From the NCBI GenBank assembly GCA_963750165.1, contig CAVVPN010000003.1, positions 1,824,001 through 1,888,000 of the forward strand: a DNA stretch of 64,000 nucleotides. Reading direction: 5' to 3'. This stretch comes from an uncultured Gemmataceae bacterium. Its GTDB lineage: Bacteria; Planctomycetota; Planctomycetia; Gemmatales; Gemmataceae. The notes beneath the pieces are model-generated. The model was not told the DNA's origin, did not search any database, and saw only the letters and a list, made by a program, of their open reading frames with translations. The position numbers and the translations under genes were made by a program. Shown here one piece after another: positions 39,917-50,711 of this stretch; positions within the stretch are counted from its first letter, which is position 1, and the number at the start of each line of letters is the position of its first letter.

Positions 39917-41119
39917 ATGAAGGACGTGCAACGCGTCGCAATTGTTGACCCCTCAGACTCGACGCGCGAGCCCTTGCGGAACCTGTTGCTGGGCGTCGAA
40001 TCCGTCTGGCTCGAAGCGGAGTGCTCACGCTACGAGTTCTTCATCGATGTCGTGCGGCAGTCGAACCCGGACCTGGTGGTCGTCGCCCTGGACGCCGACC
40101 ACAACAAGGCCCTGCAACTGATCTCGCAGCTGGGCGCGGAGTGCGCGGGGCTGCCGATCCTGGCGGTCAGCGCCCGCGGCGATGGCCAGTCGATCCTGCA
40201 GGCGCTGCGGAGCGGTGCCAAGGAGTTCCTGACCCAGCCGGTGGTGCTGGAAGAGTTGCTGGTGGCCCTGCAACGACTGCGGCAGAACCGCATCAGCGGC
40301 GACGGCACCGGCAGCAATGGCACCGTCCACGTGCCCTCGCAGGTGATCGCGATCGTCGGCTCGCGCGGCGGCGTCGGCTGCACCAGCCTGGCGGTCAATC
40401 TCGGCTGCAACCTCGCCCAGAACAAGAACCACAACGTCGCCCTGATCGACCTGGACCTGGCCCTCGGCGACGCCGATGTCGCCCTCGACCTGATCCCGGA
40501 CTACACCCTGGCCGACGTGGCCATGAACATTGATCGGCTGGACATGACCTTCCTGCGGCGGTCACTGTGCAAGCACTCGACGGGCCTGTCGCTGCTGCCG
40601 CATCCCGTGCAGATGGAGGACATCAGCCTGATTCACGAGGATCACCTGCAGCGTGTCATCAACCTGCTGCGGGCCAGCTACACGCACCTGCTCTTCGACC
40701 TGAGCAAGCGCTTCACGCCGACCGACCTGACGGCGATGCGCATGGCCGACGTGGTGCTGCTGGTGGCGCAGCTGGAACTGACCAGCCTGCGCAACGTGGT
40801 CCGCATGTTGCACACCCTCACCACCGAGGACGGCCTGGGCGACAAGGTCAAGGTGGTCGTCAACCGCGTCGGTTCGGACGACGGCGAAATCACGCTGGCG
40901 AAGGCGGCGGAGACGATCGGCAAACCGATCTTCTGGCAGGTGCCCAACGACTACAAGGCGATGCTCGGCGCCCGCAACGCGGGGGTGCCGCTCGTCCTGC
41001 ACGCCCCCAAATGCAAGGCGCAGTTGAGCCTGAAGGATCTGGCCAACACCCTGAGCGGTCGGCCGCAACAGGAAGAGGCGCCGAAGAAGGAAAAACGTGG
41101 GTTCTTCTCGTTTCGGTGA
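39917..41119 (+). CDS. cpaE: CpaE/TadZ receiver-MinD-like protein
   Basis: N-terminal receiver domain; degenerate Walker A GSRGGVGCTS; DLDLALGD; VPNDY. Confidence 0.9.
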   Translation: MKDVQRVAIVDPSDSTREPLRNLLLGVESVWLEAECSRYEFFIDVVRQSNPDLVVVALDADHNKALQLISQLGAECAGLPILAVSARGDGQSILQALRSGAKEFLTQPVVLEELLVALQRLRQNRISGDGTGSNGTVHVPSQVIAIVGSRGGVGCTSLAVNLGCNLAQNKNHNVALIDLDLALGDADVALDLIPDYTLADVAMNIDRLDMTFLRRSLCKHSTGLSLLPHPVQMEDISLIHEDHLQRVINLLRASYTHLLFDLSKRFTPTDLTAMRMADVVLLVAQLELTSLRNVVRMLHTLTTEDGLGDKVKVVVNRVGSDDGEITLAKAAETIGKPIFWQVPNDYKAMLGARNAGVPLVLHAPKCKAQLSLKDLANTLSGRPQQEEAPKKEKRGFFSFR

Positions 41120-41130
41120 GAGGTTCCTGT

Positions 41131-41262
41131 TCCCGCGTTGTGGCTTGGTCTCCGGGCCAAGCCACCGGGTCCGACCGAAGGTCTCCCCGCGTGTTAGGCG
41201 GCTGAAGAGGAGACCTTCGATCCGGACGAGTGGCCGGTCGGGAGACCGGGCCACAACGGGAG
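41131..41262. repeat. composite REP/MITE-like nested hairpin
   Basis: CGTTGTGGC/GCCACAACG outer arms, GGTCTCC/GGAGACC and CGAAGGTCTCC/GGAGACCTTCG inner arms. Confidence 0.7.
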
Positions 41263-41323
41263 AGAAAGAAAGACCAAGGCAGGTACGCAGGCTTTTACGC
41301 AGGCCCCCAAGAGGTACGCATCC

Positions 41324-42700
41324 ATGTCGCGGCTGCAACGCGGACTCAGTGGCATCAACCCGACGGGCGGGTTCAGTCGGATGGGCGGCCAGTCCCAGGC
41401 GAGCGGACTGGGCGGCCAGTCCAACAAGAGCTTCGAGGAACTCAAACGGCTGATCCACGGCAAACTGGTCGATAAGCTCGACCTGTCGCGCGTCAGCGAT
41501 CTGGCCGGTGACACGCTGCGGCGCGAGATTCGGCTGGTGGTCGAGCGGCTGTGCGACACCGAGAACCCGCTGCTCAACCGCATGGAGCGCGAGCGCCTCA
41601 TCGACGAGGTGCTCGACGAAACCTTCGGCTTCGGGCCGCTGGAAATGCTCCTGAAGGATCCGACGATCAGCGACATCCTCGTGAATGGGCCGCACAAGAT
41701 TTACGTGGAGCGTCGCGGCAAGCTGGAAAAGACGGACGTGAAGTTCCGCGATAACGAACACCTGATGCAGATCATCGACCGCATCGTCTCGAAGGTCGGC
41801 CGGCGCGTTGATGAGACGAGCCCAATGGTGGACGCGCGCTTACCGGACGGCTCCCGTGTGAACGCGATCATTCCACCGCTGGCGCTGGACGGGCCATCGC
41901 TGAGCATTCGCCGCTTCGGCTCGAACCCGCTGAAGCTGGAGGATCTGCTCAACTTCAAGGCGTTCACGCCGGAGATGGCGATGCTGATGGAGGCGTGCAT
42001 CAAGGCCCGGCTCAACTGCGTGATCTCCGGCGGTACGGGTTGCGGTAAAACGACGCTGCTCAACACGCTGTCGAGTTTCATCCCACACGACGAGCGCATC
42101 GTGACCATTGAGGACGCGGCCGAGTTGCAGTTGCAACAGGACCACATCGTCCGGCTGGAGACGCGACCGCCGAACATTGAGGGCAAGGGCGCCGTGACCA
42201 CGCGCGATCTGGTGAAGAACGCCCTGCGTATGCGGCCCGAGCGCATCATCATCGGCGAGTGCCGCGGCGGCGAAACGCTGGACATGCTGCAGGCCATGAA
42301 CACCGGCCACAGCGGCTCCATGACGACGCTGCACGCCAACAGTCCGCGCGACGCTCAGGCCCGGCTCGAAACGATGATTATGATGTCCGGCATGGAACTG
42401 CCCATCAAGGCGATGCGCCAGCAGATTTCGTCCGCGGTGGACCTGATTATCCAGGCCAACCGTTTGCAGGGCGGCCCGCGTAAGGTGACGACCATCACGG
42501 AGGTGATGAACATGGAACAGGATGTCATCATCATGCAGGACGTGTTTCGGTACAAGCAACTCGGCATCGATCAGAACGGCCGCGCCTACGGCCAGTTCGA
42601 GGCGACCGGAGTGCGGCCGACGTTCATGGCCCGGCTGGAGGCGGCAGGCATCAAACTACCACAGAATCTGTTCGCCGAGCGTGTGCTGCTGCGTGATTAA
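41324..42700 (+). CDS. cpaF: Tad pilus assembly ATPase CpaF/TadA
   Basis: [62 protein letters not shown]. Confidence 0.97.
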   Translation: MSRLQRGLSGINPTGGFSRMGGQSQASGLGGQSNKSFEELKRLIHGKLVDKLDLSRVSDLAGDTLRREIRLVVERLCDTENPLLNRMERERLIDEVLDETFGFGPLEMLLKDPTISDILVNGPHKIYVERRGKLEKTDVKFRDNEHLMQIIDRIVSKVGRRVDETSPMVDARLPDGSRVNAIIPPLALDGPSLSIRRFGSNPLKLEDLLNFKAFTPEMAMLMEACIKARLNCVISGGTGCGKTTLLNTLSSFIPHDERIVTIEDAAELQLQQDHIVRLETRPPNIEGKGAVTTRDLVKNALRMRPERIIIGECRGGETLDMLQAMNTGHSGSMTTLHANSPRDAQARLETMIMMSGMELPIKAMRQQISSAVDLIIQANRLQGGPRKVTTITEVMNMEQDVIIMQDVFRYKQLGIDQNGRAYGQFEATGVRPTFMARLEAAGIKLPQNLFAERVLLRD

Positions 42701-42707
42701 ACCCCGA

Positions 42708-42830
42708 TTAGTCCTTAGTCATTGGTCATTAGTTATCAGTCATCAGGAACCCCCAAAGACTGAAGCTAAGCGACAAGGGTCGAAGACTAATGACTAAGGA
42801 CTAATGACTAAGGACCAAGGACTAATGACA
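42708..42830. repeat. inverted heptamer (TGACTAA/GGACTAA) repeat hairpin
   Basis: TTAGTCC TTAGTCA TTGGTCA ... TGACTAA GGACTAA TGACTAA GGACCAA. Confidence 0.8.
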
Positions 42831-43789
42831 TGACTCCCCTGTTAATCACCGTGATGGCCTTCCTCGGGGCGTCCGCCCTGGTGGGGTTCTTCCTGTTCGC
42901 GTTCAGCGGCGACGGCCCCGGCAAAACTGTCGAGCGCCTCGACACCCTGACCGGCCGGCGCCGCAAGGAAGACGAGACGACCAGCATTCTCCGCAAATCG
43001 GCGTTCGAGCGCGACAAGCGCTCGCTGCTGGAGATGTTCACGCCGAACTTCCCCAGCCTGGACCGCATCTTCCTGCAGGCCGACTGCCACATCAAGCCAA
43101 GCACCCTGTTCGGCATCAGCCTGCTGCTGGCGGCGGTGGGCACGACCGTATCCTGGCTGGCCGGCGTGCAGTGGTTCCTGGCACCGATCGCGGGCATCAT
43201 CATGTTCCTGGTGCCGATTGCCTGGCTCCTGTGGAAGCGGGCCAAGCGCCTCAAGACGTTCGCCGCGCAACTGTCCGACGCGCTGGAACTGGTGGCCCGG
43301 GCGCTGCGTGCCGGCCACAGCCTCGGGGCCGGCATGCACGTGGTCGCCGAGGAAATGCCGACGCCCATTGCCGACGAGTTCAACCGCGTCTACGAGGAGC
43401 AGAACCTGGGCATCCCCATTGAGGACAGCCTCAAGAGCATGTGCGAGCGCGTGCCCAACCTGGACCTGCGCTTCTTCGTGACCAGCGTGCTTATCCAGCG
43501 GCAAACCGGTGGCGACCTGGCGGAAATCCTCGACAAGATCGGCTACGTCATCCGCGAGCGCTACCGCATCCTCGGGCAGGTGCAGGCCCTGACGGCCGAG
43601 GGCCGGCTCTCCGGCATCATCCTGCTGGCGCTGCCGGTCGGCCTGTTCCTGATGATGCTCTATATCAAGCCGGACTACGTGGAAAAATTGTGGACGAACA
43701 AGCTCGGCATCCAGATGTCGGTGGGCGCTCTCATCCTGCAGCTGATTGGCGCGATCGTCATCAAGAAGATCGTCAACATCAAGGTGTAA
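42830..43789 (+). CDS. tadB: Tad inner-membrane platform protein TadB
   Basis: QLSDALELVARALRAGHSL, IQRQTGGDLAEIL, ALTAEGRLS. Confidence 0.93.
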   Translation: MTPLLITVMAFLGASALVGFFLFAFSGDGPGKTVERLDTLTGRRRKEDETTSILRKSAFERDKRSLLEMFTPNFPSLDRIFLQADCHIKPSTLFGISLLLAAVGTTVSWLAGVQWFLAPIAGIIMFLVPIAWLLWKRAKRLKTFAAQLSDALELVARALRAGHSLGAGMHVVAEEMPTPIADEFNRVYEEQNLGIPIEDSLKSMCERVPNLDLRFFVTSVLIQRQTGGDLAEILDKIGYVIRERYRILGQVQALTAEGRLSGIILLALPVGLFLMMLYIKPDYVEKLWTNKLGIQMSVGALILQLIGAIVIKKIVNIKV

Positions 43790-43795
43790 CCAAAC

Positions 43796-43911
43796 CTCCC
43801 CTCGCCCCCTTCAGGGGGAGAGGGGTCGGGGGTAAGGGGGTAGTCTGTCAATAGCCCCAAACCCCGCCCCCTCACCCCCGACCCCTCTCCCCCTGAAGGG
43901 GGCGAGGGGGG
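43796..43911. repeat. REP cluster (CCCCTCTCCCCCTGAAGGGGG family, inverted pair)
   Basis: Two inverted copies of the element seen at 10831 and 21195. Confidence 0.85.
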
Positions 43912-43943
43912 AAAGGCAAGACACTCTACACGAAGGTGCAGCC

Positions 43944-44891
43944 ATGTTAGTGGGCTTCATAGCGATCACGGCGCTCATCCCCTTGCTGGTGTTCTTCGGC
44001 ATCGTCATGGGCATCTGGGCGGTGCTGTCGGGCATCAGTAATCGCAACAGTCGCGCCCTCGACCGGCTGGCCCGGTTGAGCCGGCCGCCGTCGCTGGCGG
44101 ACATTGAGGATCCCAGGCAGAAGAACGACCGCTTCAAGGGGCTGGTCGATACGGCGAAGATGTTCGCCTCGCCCATGATGCCGCAGACCGAGCTGGAACA
44201 GAACGCCCTGAAGACCCGGTTGGCCAACGCCGGCTTCCGTAGCGACGCCGCCACCGTGGTCTACTCGGGCGCTCGCTTCGGCAGCCTGCTGCTGTTCTTC
44301 CTGGTGTCGGTCATCATCTTTGTTCCTGGACGGGAACTCGGCTGGTCCACCTTGCAATGGGTGGTGGTGTTCACGGGCGTCGGCTTTTACCTGCCGAGCA
44401 TCATTCTGTGGTGGCTGCGCAAGAAACGCCAGGAGGCCATCTTCCTGTCACTGCCGGACGCCCTCGACCTGCTGGTGGTGTGCGTGGAGTCCGGCCTGGG
44501 CCTGGACGCGGCCATGCGCAAGGTGTGCGACGAGATGGCCGACCACGCCAAGGTCATCTGCGAGGAACTGTCGCTGGCGAACTTCCAGCTGCAAATGGGC
44601 CGGCCACGGCGCGAGGTGCTGCACGACCTCGGCGTGCGCACGGGCGTGGATGACGTGCGCTCGCTGGCGGCCATTCTGATCCAGGCGGATCGGTTCGGTT
44701 CGAGCATTGCCCAGGCGCTGCGTGTGCAGTCGGACTCGATGCGCACGCGGCGCAAACAACTCGCCGAGGAGAAGGCGGCGAAGACGGCGGTGCAGTTGTT
44801 GTTCCCGCTGATCCTGTTCATCTTCCCCGGCATCTTCGTGGTGCTGGTGGGGCCGGCGGCGATCAACATCATCGAAGTGTTGCTCAAGTAA
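43944..44891 (+). CDS. tadC: Tad inner-membrane platform protein TadC
   Basis: LPDALDLLVVCVESGLGLDAA, QADRFGSSIAQALR, AEEKAAK..V.LLFPL. Confidence 0.93.
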   Translation: MLVGFIAITALIPLLVFFGIVMGIWAVLSGISNRNSRALDRLARLSRPPSLADIEDPRQKNDRFKGLVDTAKMFASPMMPQTELEQNALKTRLANAGFRSDAATVVYSGARFGSLLLFFLVSVIIFVPGRELGWSTLQWVVVFTGVGFYLPSIILWWLRKKRQEAIFLSLPDALDLLVVCVESGLGLDAAMRKVCDEMADHAKVICEELSLANFQLQMGRPRREVLHDLGVRTGVDDVRSLAAILIQADRFGSSIAQALRVQSDSMRTRRKQLAEEKAAKTAVQLLFPLILFIFPGIFVVLVGPAAINIIEVLLK

Positions 44892-44972
44892 CCTGTCACG
44901 GGCCGCGGCGGGCGCGGGGCCGATGTGCGGCGCCGCGCCGGAGCGGTCGGCCCGATCACGGAGGAGAGTGGG

Positions 44973-45608
44973 ATGAAAGGATTCATCACGCGGGCGGCGG
45001 CGGTGCTGGCCCTGGCGGGGGTGATCGGCGCGTTCGTCGGCTGCCAGTGTTACCGGCAGATCGTCGATCCCTGTTATCCGGAACGCTACACGGCGGTGGC
45101 CCGCCAGGAGACGCTGACGCCGTTCGCGGCGCAGGTCGGCAACGGGCACGTCCTGAATCAGACCGTCTGGAACTTCATGTTCGAGCACGGCAGCGACAAG
45201 CTGACGCCGGGCGGCCAGGCGCGTCTGAGCTACCTGAGCCAGGTGCGGCCGGTACCCGATCCGAAGCTGTTCCTGCAGACGGCCCACGACATCAATTACG
45301 ACCCGGCGGCGCCGGAGAAGTTTGTGCAGGCGCGGGCCGAGCTGGATCAGAAGCGCCGCGAAGCCGTCCTCAAGTTCGTGATGGCGGACACGGCGGGCCG
45401 GCCGGTGCCGTTCACGGTGGACGTGCATGACGCGCCAGTGCCGTCGCTGGCGGCGCCGCCGGTTGCGACCTCGATCCAGAAGAATTACATGTACTTCCAG
45501 GGCGCCATGGTGGGCGGTGGTTCGGGCACGGTCGGCACCTCGGGCAGCGGTTCCCCGAGCGGCGGCGGCATGGGTGGCGGCGGCATGATGGGCCCCGGCG
45601 GCCGCTAA
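44973..45608 (+). CDS. lipoprotein in Tad locus (possible CpaD-like)
   Basis: Lipobox AFVG|C; position after tadC. Confidence 0.65.
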   Translation: MKGFITRAAAVLALAGVIGAFVGCQCYRQIVDPCYPERYTAVARQETLTPFAAQVGNGHVLNQTVWNFMFEHGSDKLTPGGQARLSYLSQVRPVPDPKLFLQTAHDINYDPAAPEKFVQARAELDQKRREAVLKFVMADTAGRPVPFTVDVHDAPVPSLAAPPVATSIQKNYMYFQGAMVGGGSGTVGTSGSGSPSGGGMGGGGMMGPGGR

Positions 45609-45789
45609 CGCGGAGCTGGACCCCGATCGCCTGAACCGGCCCGGGTCGGTGCGAGGAACCCCCTCGCGGCCGACCCGGGCCGGTGTCGTTTGCTGTCTTT
45701 TCCGCCGCGGCGCACGCCGGGCGAACGCGACCTATACTTGCGCGGGGCACCGGCCCCACGATCTCATCCCCAATCCCTGGCGTGTACTC

Positions 45790-46074
45790 ATGAGCAAGCA
45801 CCTCGTTCCGTCGCGCACCGCCGGGCTCGCCCCCAGGCTCGGCGTGCTGTTGTTGACCCTCGCCTGTCTCGCCCTCGAAGCCACTCTCGCGCCGACCGCG
45901 GCCGCCGCCAGTCCTGCCGCCGTGACCGCCCCCCGCCCGGCCGCGCTGACCGCGACCGCCGTCCTGCCGGCTACCTTCCTGGAATCCGCCTCGGGCGATC
46001 AGGCGCGGATGATTCAGGTCGGAGTCATCATTGTCATCATTGGCATCTTCCTGTTGTCGAAATCCATTCGCTGA
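45790..46074 (+). CDS. small membrane protein
   Basis: Signal-like N-terminus and C-terminal TM IQVGVIIVIIGIFLL. Confidence 0.55.
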   Translation: MSKHLVPSRTAGLAPRLGVLLLTLACLALEATLAPTAAAASPAAVTAPRPAALTATAVLPATFLESASGDQARMIQVGVIIVIIGIFLLSKSIR

Positions 46075-46138
46075 ACAGTAACCCCTCGCCCTCTCAGCGC
46101 GGGCAGATGAGTAAAATCCTCGAAGGACACCCCGAGCC

Positions 46139-47484
46139 ATGCACACGAGCAAGTCGATGAATATGGAGTGGGAAGGCAACTCGGTGCCGGAGGCCCCCTG
46201 TGCCCCGGAGACGCTGCAGGAAGCGGGCCTGACGCTGCCGTTCCTGTGCGACCTGACGCTGCGCACCCTGTATGTCCGCGGCGGCATGCTCGGACTGGAC
46301 CTGGCGCGGGCGCTGTGCCTGCCGTTCAAGGTCCTTGAGGACGGCCTGAAGTTCCTCAAGGACGAGAAGTGCGTCGAGGTGGCCGGCGGCGACCTGATCG
46401 GCCGTGTCAGCTACCGCTTCAACCTGACCGAACTGGGCCGCCGTCGGGCCAACGAGGCCGTGAAGCAGTGCGCCTACGTCGGCCCCGCCCCGGTGCCCAT
46501 CGAGGACTACATCGAACAGACCTACCGCCAGGCGGTCACCGGCATCAACGTCAGCCCCGAGCCGCTGCGGGCCGCCTTCGCCCACCTGGTCATCCCGGAC
46601 GCCCTGTTCAACGCCCTCGGCCCGGCCATCGTCAGCGGCAAGAGCGTGTTCATCTACGGCCCACCCGGCAACGGCAAAACCTCGGTGGCGCGCTCCATTG
46701 GCGACTTCATGAACAACGCCGGCGGCGAAATCTATGTGCCGCACGCCTTCATCGCCGAGAACGCCATCGTCACCATCTTCGACCAGGCCGTGCATCAGGC
46801 CGTCGAGGCCGAGAGCAACGAGCGTCTGGAAGACAACGAGGCCACCATCCGCCGGCTGCTGAACACCGGCACCGTCGATCCGCGCTGGGTGCGCATCCGC
46901 CGGCCGGTCATCGTCACCGGCGGCGAACTGAACCTGGACATGCTCGACCTGCGCTACAACGCCTCGTCAAACTTCTACCAGGCACCATTGCACGTCAAGG
47001 CCAACGGCGGCGTCTTCCTGATCGACGACTTTGGCCGCCAGCTGTGCAGCCCCAAGGAACTGCTCAATCGCTGGATTCTGCCACTGGAAGACCGTCACGA
47101 CTTTTTGACCGTCGCCTCGGGCAAGAAGTTTGAGGTGCCGTTCGAGCAGCTCATCATCTTCTCGACCAACCTGGACCCGCGCGACCTGGTGGACGACGCC
47201 TTCCTGCGCCGCATCCGCCACAAGGTCGAGATTCAGGCGCCGCGCGCGACGTGTACGAGAAGATTTTCAACTCGGTGGTCAAGCGCCTGGGCATGAACAC
47301 CTGCCCCGCCGCCTTGGACTACCTCTACGAGCGCTACTACGGCAAAACACGGTCGGCGCGCGCCAGCGATTGCCGGGATCTGCTGGAGATCGTCCAGTCG
47401 ATTTGCCGATTCCGTAAACAACCCGTCCAGCTGACGCGCGAACTCATGGTCGAGTCGGCTTCCAGCTTTATTTGCGAATTTTAA
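46139..47484 (+). CDS. AAA+ ATPase (frameshift near 47243)
   Basis: YGPPGNGKTS Walker A, FLIDDFGRQ Walker B, FSTNL, DDAFLRRI; C-terminus in ORF 47251..47484. Confidence 0.85.
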
Positions 47485-47585
47485 CGGCTCTTGCCCCGGT
47501 TGCGCTGGGGCGGAATCTTTACGTGGGGCAGACAGGAATGTCTGCCCCACGAAGCAACACCGTTCAAGGATGAAGGTGGTGGATC

Positions 47586-48419
47586 ATGGACCGTCGTGGT
47601 GCGTGTCTCCTGGCGCTGGCGCTGGGGCTCACAAGCGGGGGCGCGGGCTGCGTCACCTCGCGAATGTCGCCGGGCCCCGACGGCCGTATGGTGGACCAGC
47701 CATTGCCCGCCGATCCCAAGAAGTCACTGGCCCACGTCAGCGTGGCCTACGCCCGCGTCCACGAGGACCGGGCCGCCGAGCCGAACATCCCGCCGGAAGC
47801 GAAACGGTTGTTCCTCGACCAGGCGCGCGCTGCGTACCAGAAGGCGCTGGAGGCGGAGCCAAAGAACGCCGACGCGCTGCTCGGGATGGCGCGTGTGGCC
47901 GTCGCCGTCGAGGATCCCGAACTGGCCAGGCAGTGTCTGACAAAGGCCGTGCAGTTCCATCCGAAGTCCGTCGCGGTGTGTTTCGAGGTCGGCATGTACC
48001 ATTGCAAACGGAAGGAATGGCAGCCGGCCCTGGACGCGCTGGGCAAGGCCAATCAGCTGGAGCCGGACAACCGCGAGATCGCCAAGATCTACGGCCTGGC
48101 GCTGGCGCGAGCCGGCCAGACCGAGCGCAGCGTCGCCTGCCTGTCCAAGGTGATGGGCAAGGCCCAGGCCCAATACAACGTGGCCGGTATGCTGGCGCAC
48201 ATGAACCAGCCGGAGCAGAGCAAGGAGCACCTGCGGCTGGCGCTGCAACTCCAGCCGAGCTACCCGGCGGCGCAGGAGATGCTCGCGCGGCTGGAGGGCC
48301 GGCCATCGAGCCAGCCGACGGCGGCGCAGCAAGGGGTCGTCACGGCCGGCTACGAGCAGCCGGCGCCGCGCGACGGCCAGGGCCAACCGGGCACCGCCAC
48401 GGTCGGCTTCGATCCGTAA
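47586..48419 (+). CDS. TPR lipoprotein (TadD-like)
   Basis: Lipobox GAG|C; TPR helices (YQKALEAEPKN, ANQLEPDN, AQAQYNVA, ALQLQP). Confidence 0.8.
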   Translation: MDRRGACLLALALGLTSGGAGCVTSRMSPGPDGRMVDQPLPADPKKSLAHVSVAYARVHEDRAAEPNIPPEAKRLFLDQARAAYQKALEAEPKNADALLGMARVAVAVEDPELARQCLTKAVQFHPKSVAVCFEVGMYHCKRKEWQPALDALGKANQLEPDNREIAKIYGLALARAGQTERSVACLSKVMGKAQAQYNVAGMLAHMNQPEQSKEHLRLALQLQPSYPAAQEMLARLEGRPSSQPTAAQQGVVTAGYEQPAPRDGQGQPGTATVGFDP

Positions 48420-48429
48420 AAACAGTTTC

Positions 48430-48479
48430 CGATTGATCGGTTCGCGCGGCCCAGCGCGAACCGATCAATCGAACCTTTT
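48430..48479 (+). terminator. probable terminator hairpin ending the Tad locus
   Basis: CGATTGATCGGTTCGCGC/GCGCGAACCGATCAATCG stem with a short T run after it. Confidence 0.55.
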
Positions 48480-48577
48480 ACGCGGCTCCGCCTGCCTTTT
48501 CGCTTGCAATCCGCGGCCTTGCCCCCGACGATAAGACCGTCGTCCCTGGTCTTCCGTCGTGGAGAGGAACCGCACCC

Positions 48578-50464
48578 ATGAACCGCACCTGGAAGCTGCT
48601 CGGCCTGGCAGCCGTGCTGCTGTCGGCGCCGGCCGCCGCGGCGCAACCGCCGAAATCCGGCCCGTTCTCCATCAAGGACAATTACACCAAGCAGGTGTTT
48701 CAAATCCCGATGCGTGACGGCGTCAAGCTGTACACCATCGTCTACTCGCCGAAGGATAAGAGTCAGAAATACCCGCTGCTGATGAACCGCACGCCCTACA
48801 GCATCGGGCCGTACGACAAGGGCCTGTACCGCTTCAGCCTCGGCCCCAACACGCACTTCGCCCGCGCGGGCTACCACTTCGTCTACCAGGACGTGCGTGG
48901 CTGCTACATGTCCGAGGGCGTCTTCGAGAACATGCGGCCGCAGCTGCCGGCTGGCAAAAAAGGCCCGAAGGACATCGACGAGAGCACCGACACCTACGAC
49001 AGCATTGAGTTTCTTGTCAAGAACGTGGCCAACAACAACGGCCGTGTCGGTCTGTACGGCATCAGCTACCCGGGCTTCTACTCGTCCGCCGGCATGGTCA
49101 ACGCCCATCCGGCGCTCAAGGCGGTCTCGCCGCAGGCGCCGATTGCCGACTGGTTCTTCGACGACTTCCACCACCACGGCACGACGTACCTGGCGCACGC
49201 GGTCGGCTTCTTTTCGCGCTTCGGCAAGGCGCGGCCCGAGCCGACCACGACGCGGCCCAGGGGGTTCGACTTCGGCACGCGCGACGGCTACCAGTTCTAC
49301 CTGAACTTCGGTTCGCTCAAGCACGTCAACGAGCGCTTCTTCAAGAACGAGATCGCGTACTGGAACGAGTTCGCGCAGCACCCCAACTACGACGAGTGGT
49401 GGCAGGCCCGCAACCTGCTGCCGCATCTCAAGAAGGTCGCGCCCGCGGTGATGACCGTCGGCGGCTGGTACGACGCCGAGGATTTGTACGGCACCTTCAA
49501 GACCTACCAGGCCGTCGAGAAGCAGAACCCGGGCGTCTTCAACGTGCTGGTGGTCGGCCCCTGGAGCCACGGCCAGTGGTCTCGCGCGGGCTCCTTCAGC
49601 ATGGGCAACATCAACTTCGGCAGCGACACGGCGTCCTTCTTCCAGAAGAACATGGAACTGCCGTTCTTCAACCACTTCCTCAAGGACAAGGGCGAGCACA
49701 AGCTGCCGGAAGCGTATGTCTTCGAGACGGGCGTCAACCGCTGGCGGCAGTTCGACCACTGGCCGCCGCAGCAGATCAAGAAGGACAAACTGTACCTGCA
49801 AGCCGGCGGCAAACTCGGCCGTCAGGCACCGCAGGACCAGGCCGGCTTCGACGAGTACGTCAGCGATCCCGCCCAGCCGGTGCCGTACACCGAGACGTTC
49901 AGCGTCGGCATGACGCAGGCGCACATGACCGACGACCAGCGTTATGCGTCGCGGCGGCCGGACGTGCTTGTCTACCAGACGGCGCCGCTGCCAGCGGACA
50001 CGACGCTGGCGGGGCCGCTGCACGTGGACCTGCATGTCAGCACCACCGGCTCCGATGCGGACTTCATCATCAAGGTGATCGACGTGTTCCCCGACAGTAC
50101 GCCGGGCGCGGTGGACGAGGGCCGGCGACCGTTGGCCGGCTATCAAATGCTGGTGCGGCACGAGGCGATGCGCGGCCGCTTCCGCAACAGCTACAGCAAG
50201 CCGGAGCCGTTCACGGCCAACGAGCCGGCGCGGATCAAACTGGAACTGCAGGATGTGCTGCACACCTTCAAGAAGGGCCACCGCATCATGGTGCAGATCA
50301 GCAGCACCTGGTTCCCGCTGATCGACCGCAATCCGCAGAAGTACGTGCCCAACATCTTCGCGGCCGCGGACAGCGATTTCATCCGCGCGACGCAGCGCAT
50401 CCACCGCTCGGCGTTGCGGCCGTCGGCGCTTGAGGTCGGGGTCTTGCCGGCGGAGAAGAAGTGA
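48578..50464 (+). CDS. CocE/NonD family hydrolase (glutaryl-7-ACA acylase-like)
   Basis: IPMRDGVKL, RTPY, QDVRG..SEG, GISYPG nucleophile, GGWYDAED, GPWSHG. Confidence 0.92.
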   Translation: MNRTWKLLGLAAVLLSAPAAAAQPPKSGPFSIKDNYTKQVFQIPMRDGVKLYTIVYSPKDKSQKYPLLMNRTPYSIGPYDKGLYRFSLGPNTHFARAGYHFVYQDVRGCYMSEGVFENMRPQLPAGKKGPKDIDESTDTYDSIEFLVKNVANNNGRVGLYGISYPGFYSSAGMVNAHPALKAVSPQAPIADWFFDDFHHHGTTYLAHAVGFFSRFGKARPEPTTTRPRGFDFGTRDGYQFYLNFGSLKHVNERFFKNEIAYWNEFAQHPNYDEWWQARNLLPHLKKVAPAVMTVGGWYDAEDLYGTFKTYQAVEKQNPGVFNVLVVGPWSHGQWSRAGSFSMGNINFGSDTASFFQKNMELPFFNHFLKDKGEHKLPEAYVFETGVNRWRQFDHWPPQQIKKDKLYLQAGGKLGRQAPQDQAGFDEYVSDPAQPVPYTETFSVGMTQAHMTDDQRYASRRPDVLVYQTAPLPADTTLAGPLHVDLHVSTTGSDADFIIKVIDVFPDSTPGAVDEGRRPLAGYQMLVRHEAMRGRFRNSYSKPEPFTANEPARIKLELQDVLHTFKKGHRIMVQISSTWFPLIDRNPQKYVPNIFAAADSDFIRATQRIHRSALRPSALEVGVLPAEKK

Positions 50465-50467
50465 CCA

Positions 50468-50533
50468 GGTGAGGGGGTGAAGGGGTGAAGGGTGAAAGAC
50501 GGAAGCGTTGCTCTTTCACCCCCTCACTCCCCC
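50468..50533. repeat. inverted octamer (GGGTGAAG) repeat hairpin
   Basis: GGTGAGGGGGTGAAGGGGTGAAGGGTGAAAG...CTTTCACCCCCTCAC; related copy at 55576-55643. Confidence 0.75.
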
Positions 50534-50711
50534 ATCTTCAAGAGCCGTCGGCGCCGAAGAAACCGGCCGTGCGTGACTATTCCGGCACGCCGAGCCCGGG
50601 TGCGCCGGAATAAGCTTGCCAGCCTTCCCTTCCGGCCGTTATGGTGATCTGGAACGAAGTGGTGATAGACCGGCCCCATTGCGCCTCCGCTGACCGTGGG
50701 AGAGATGAACC

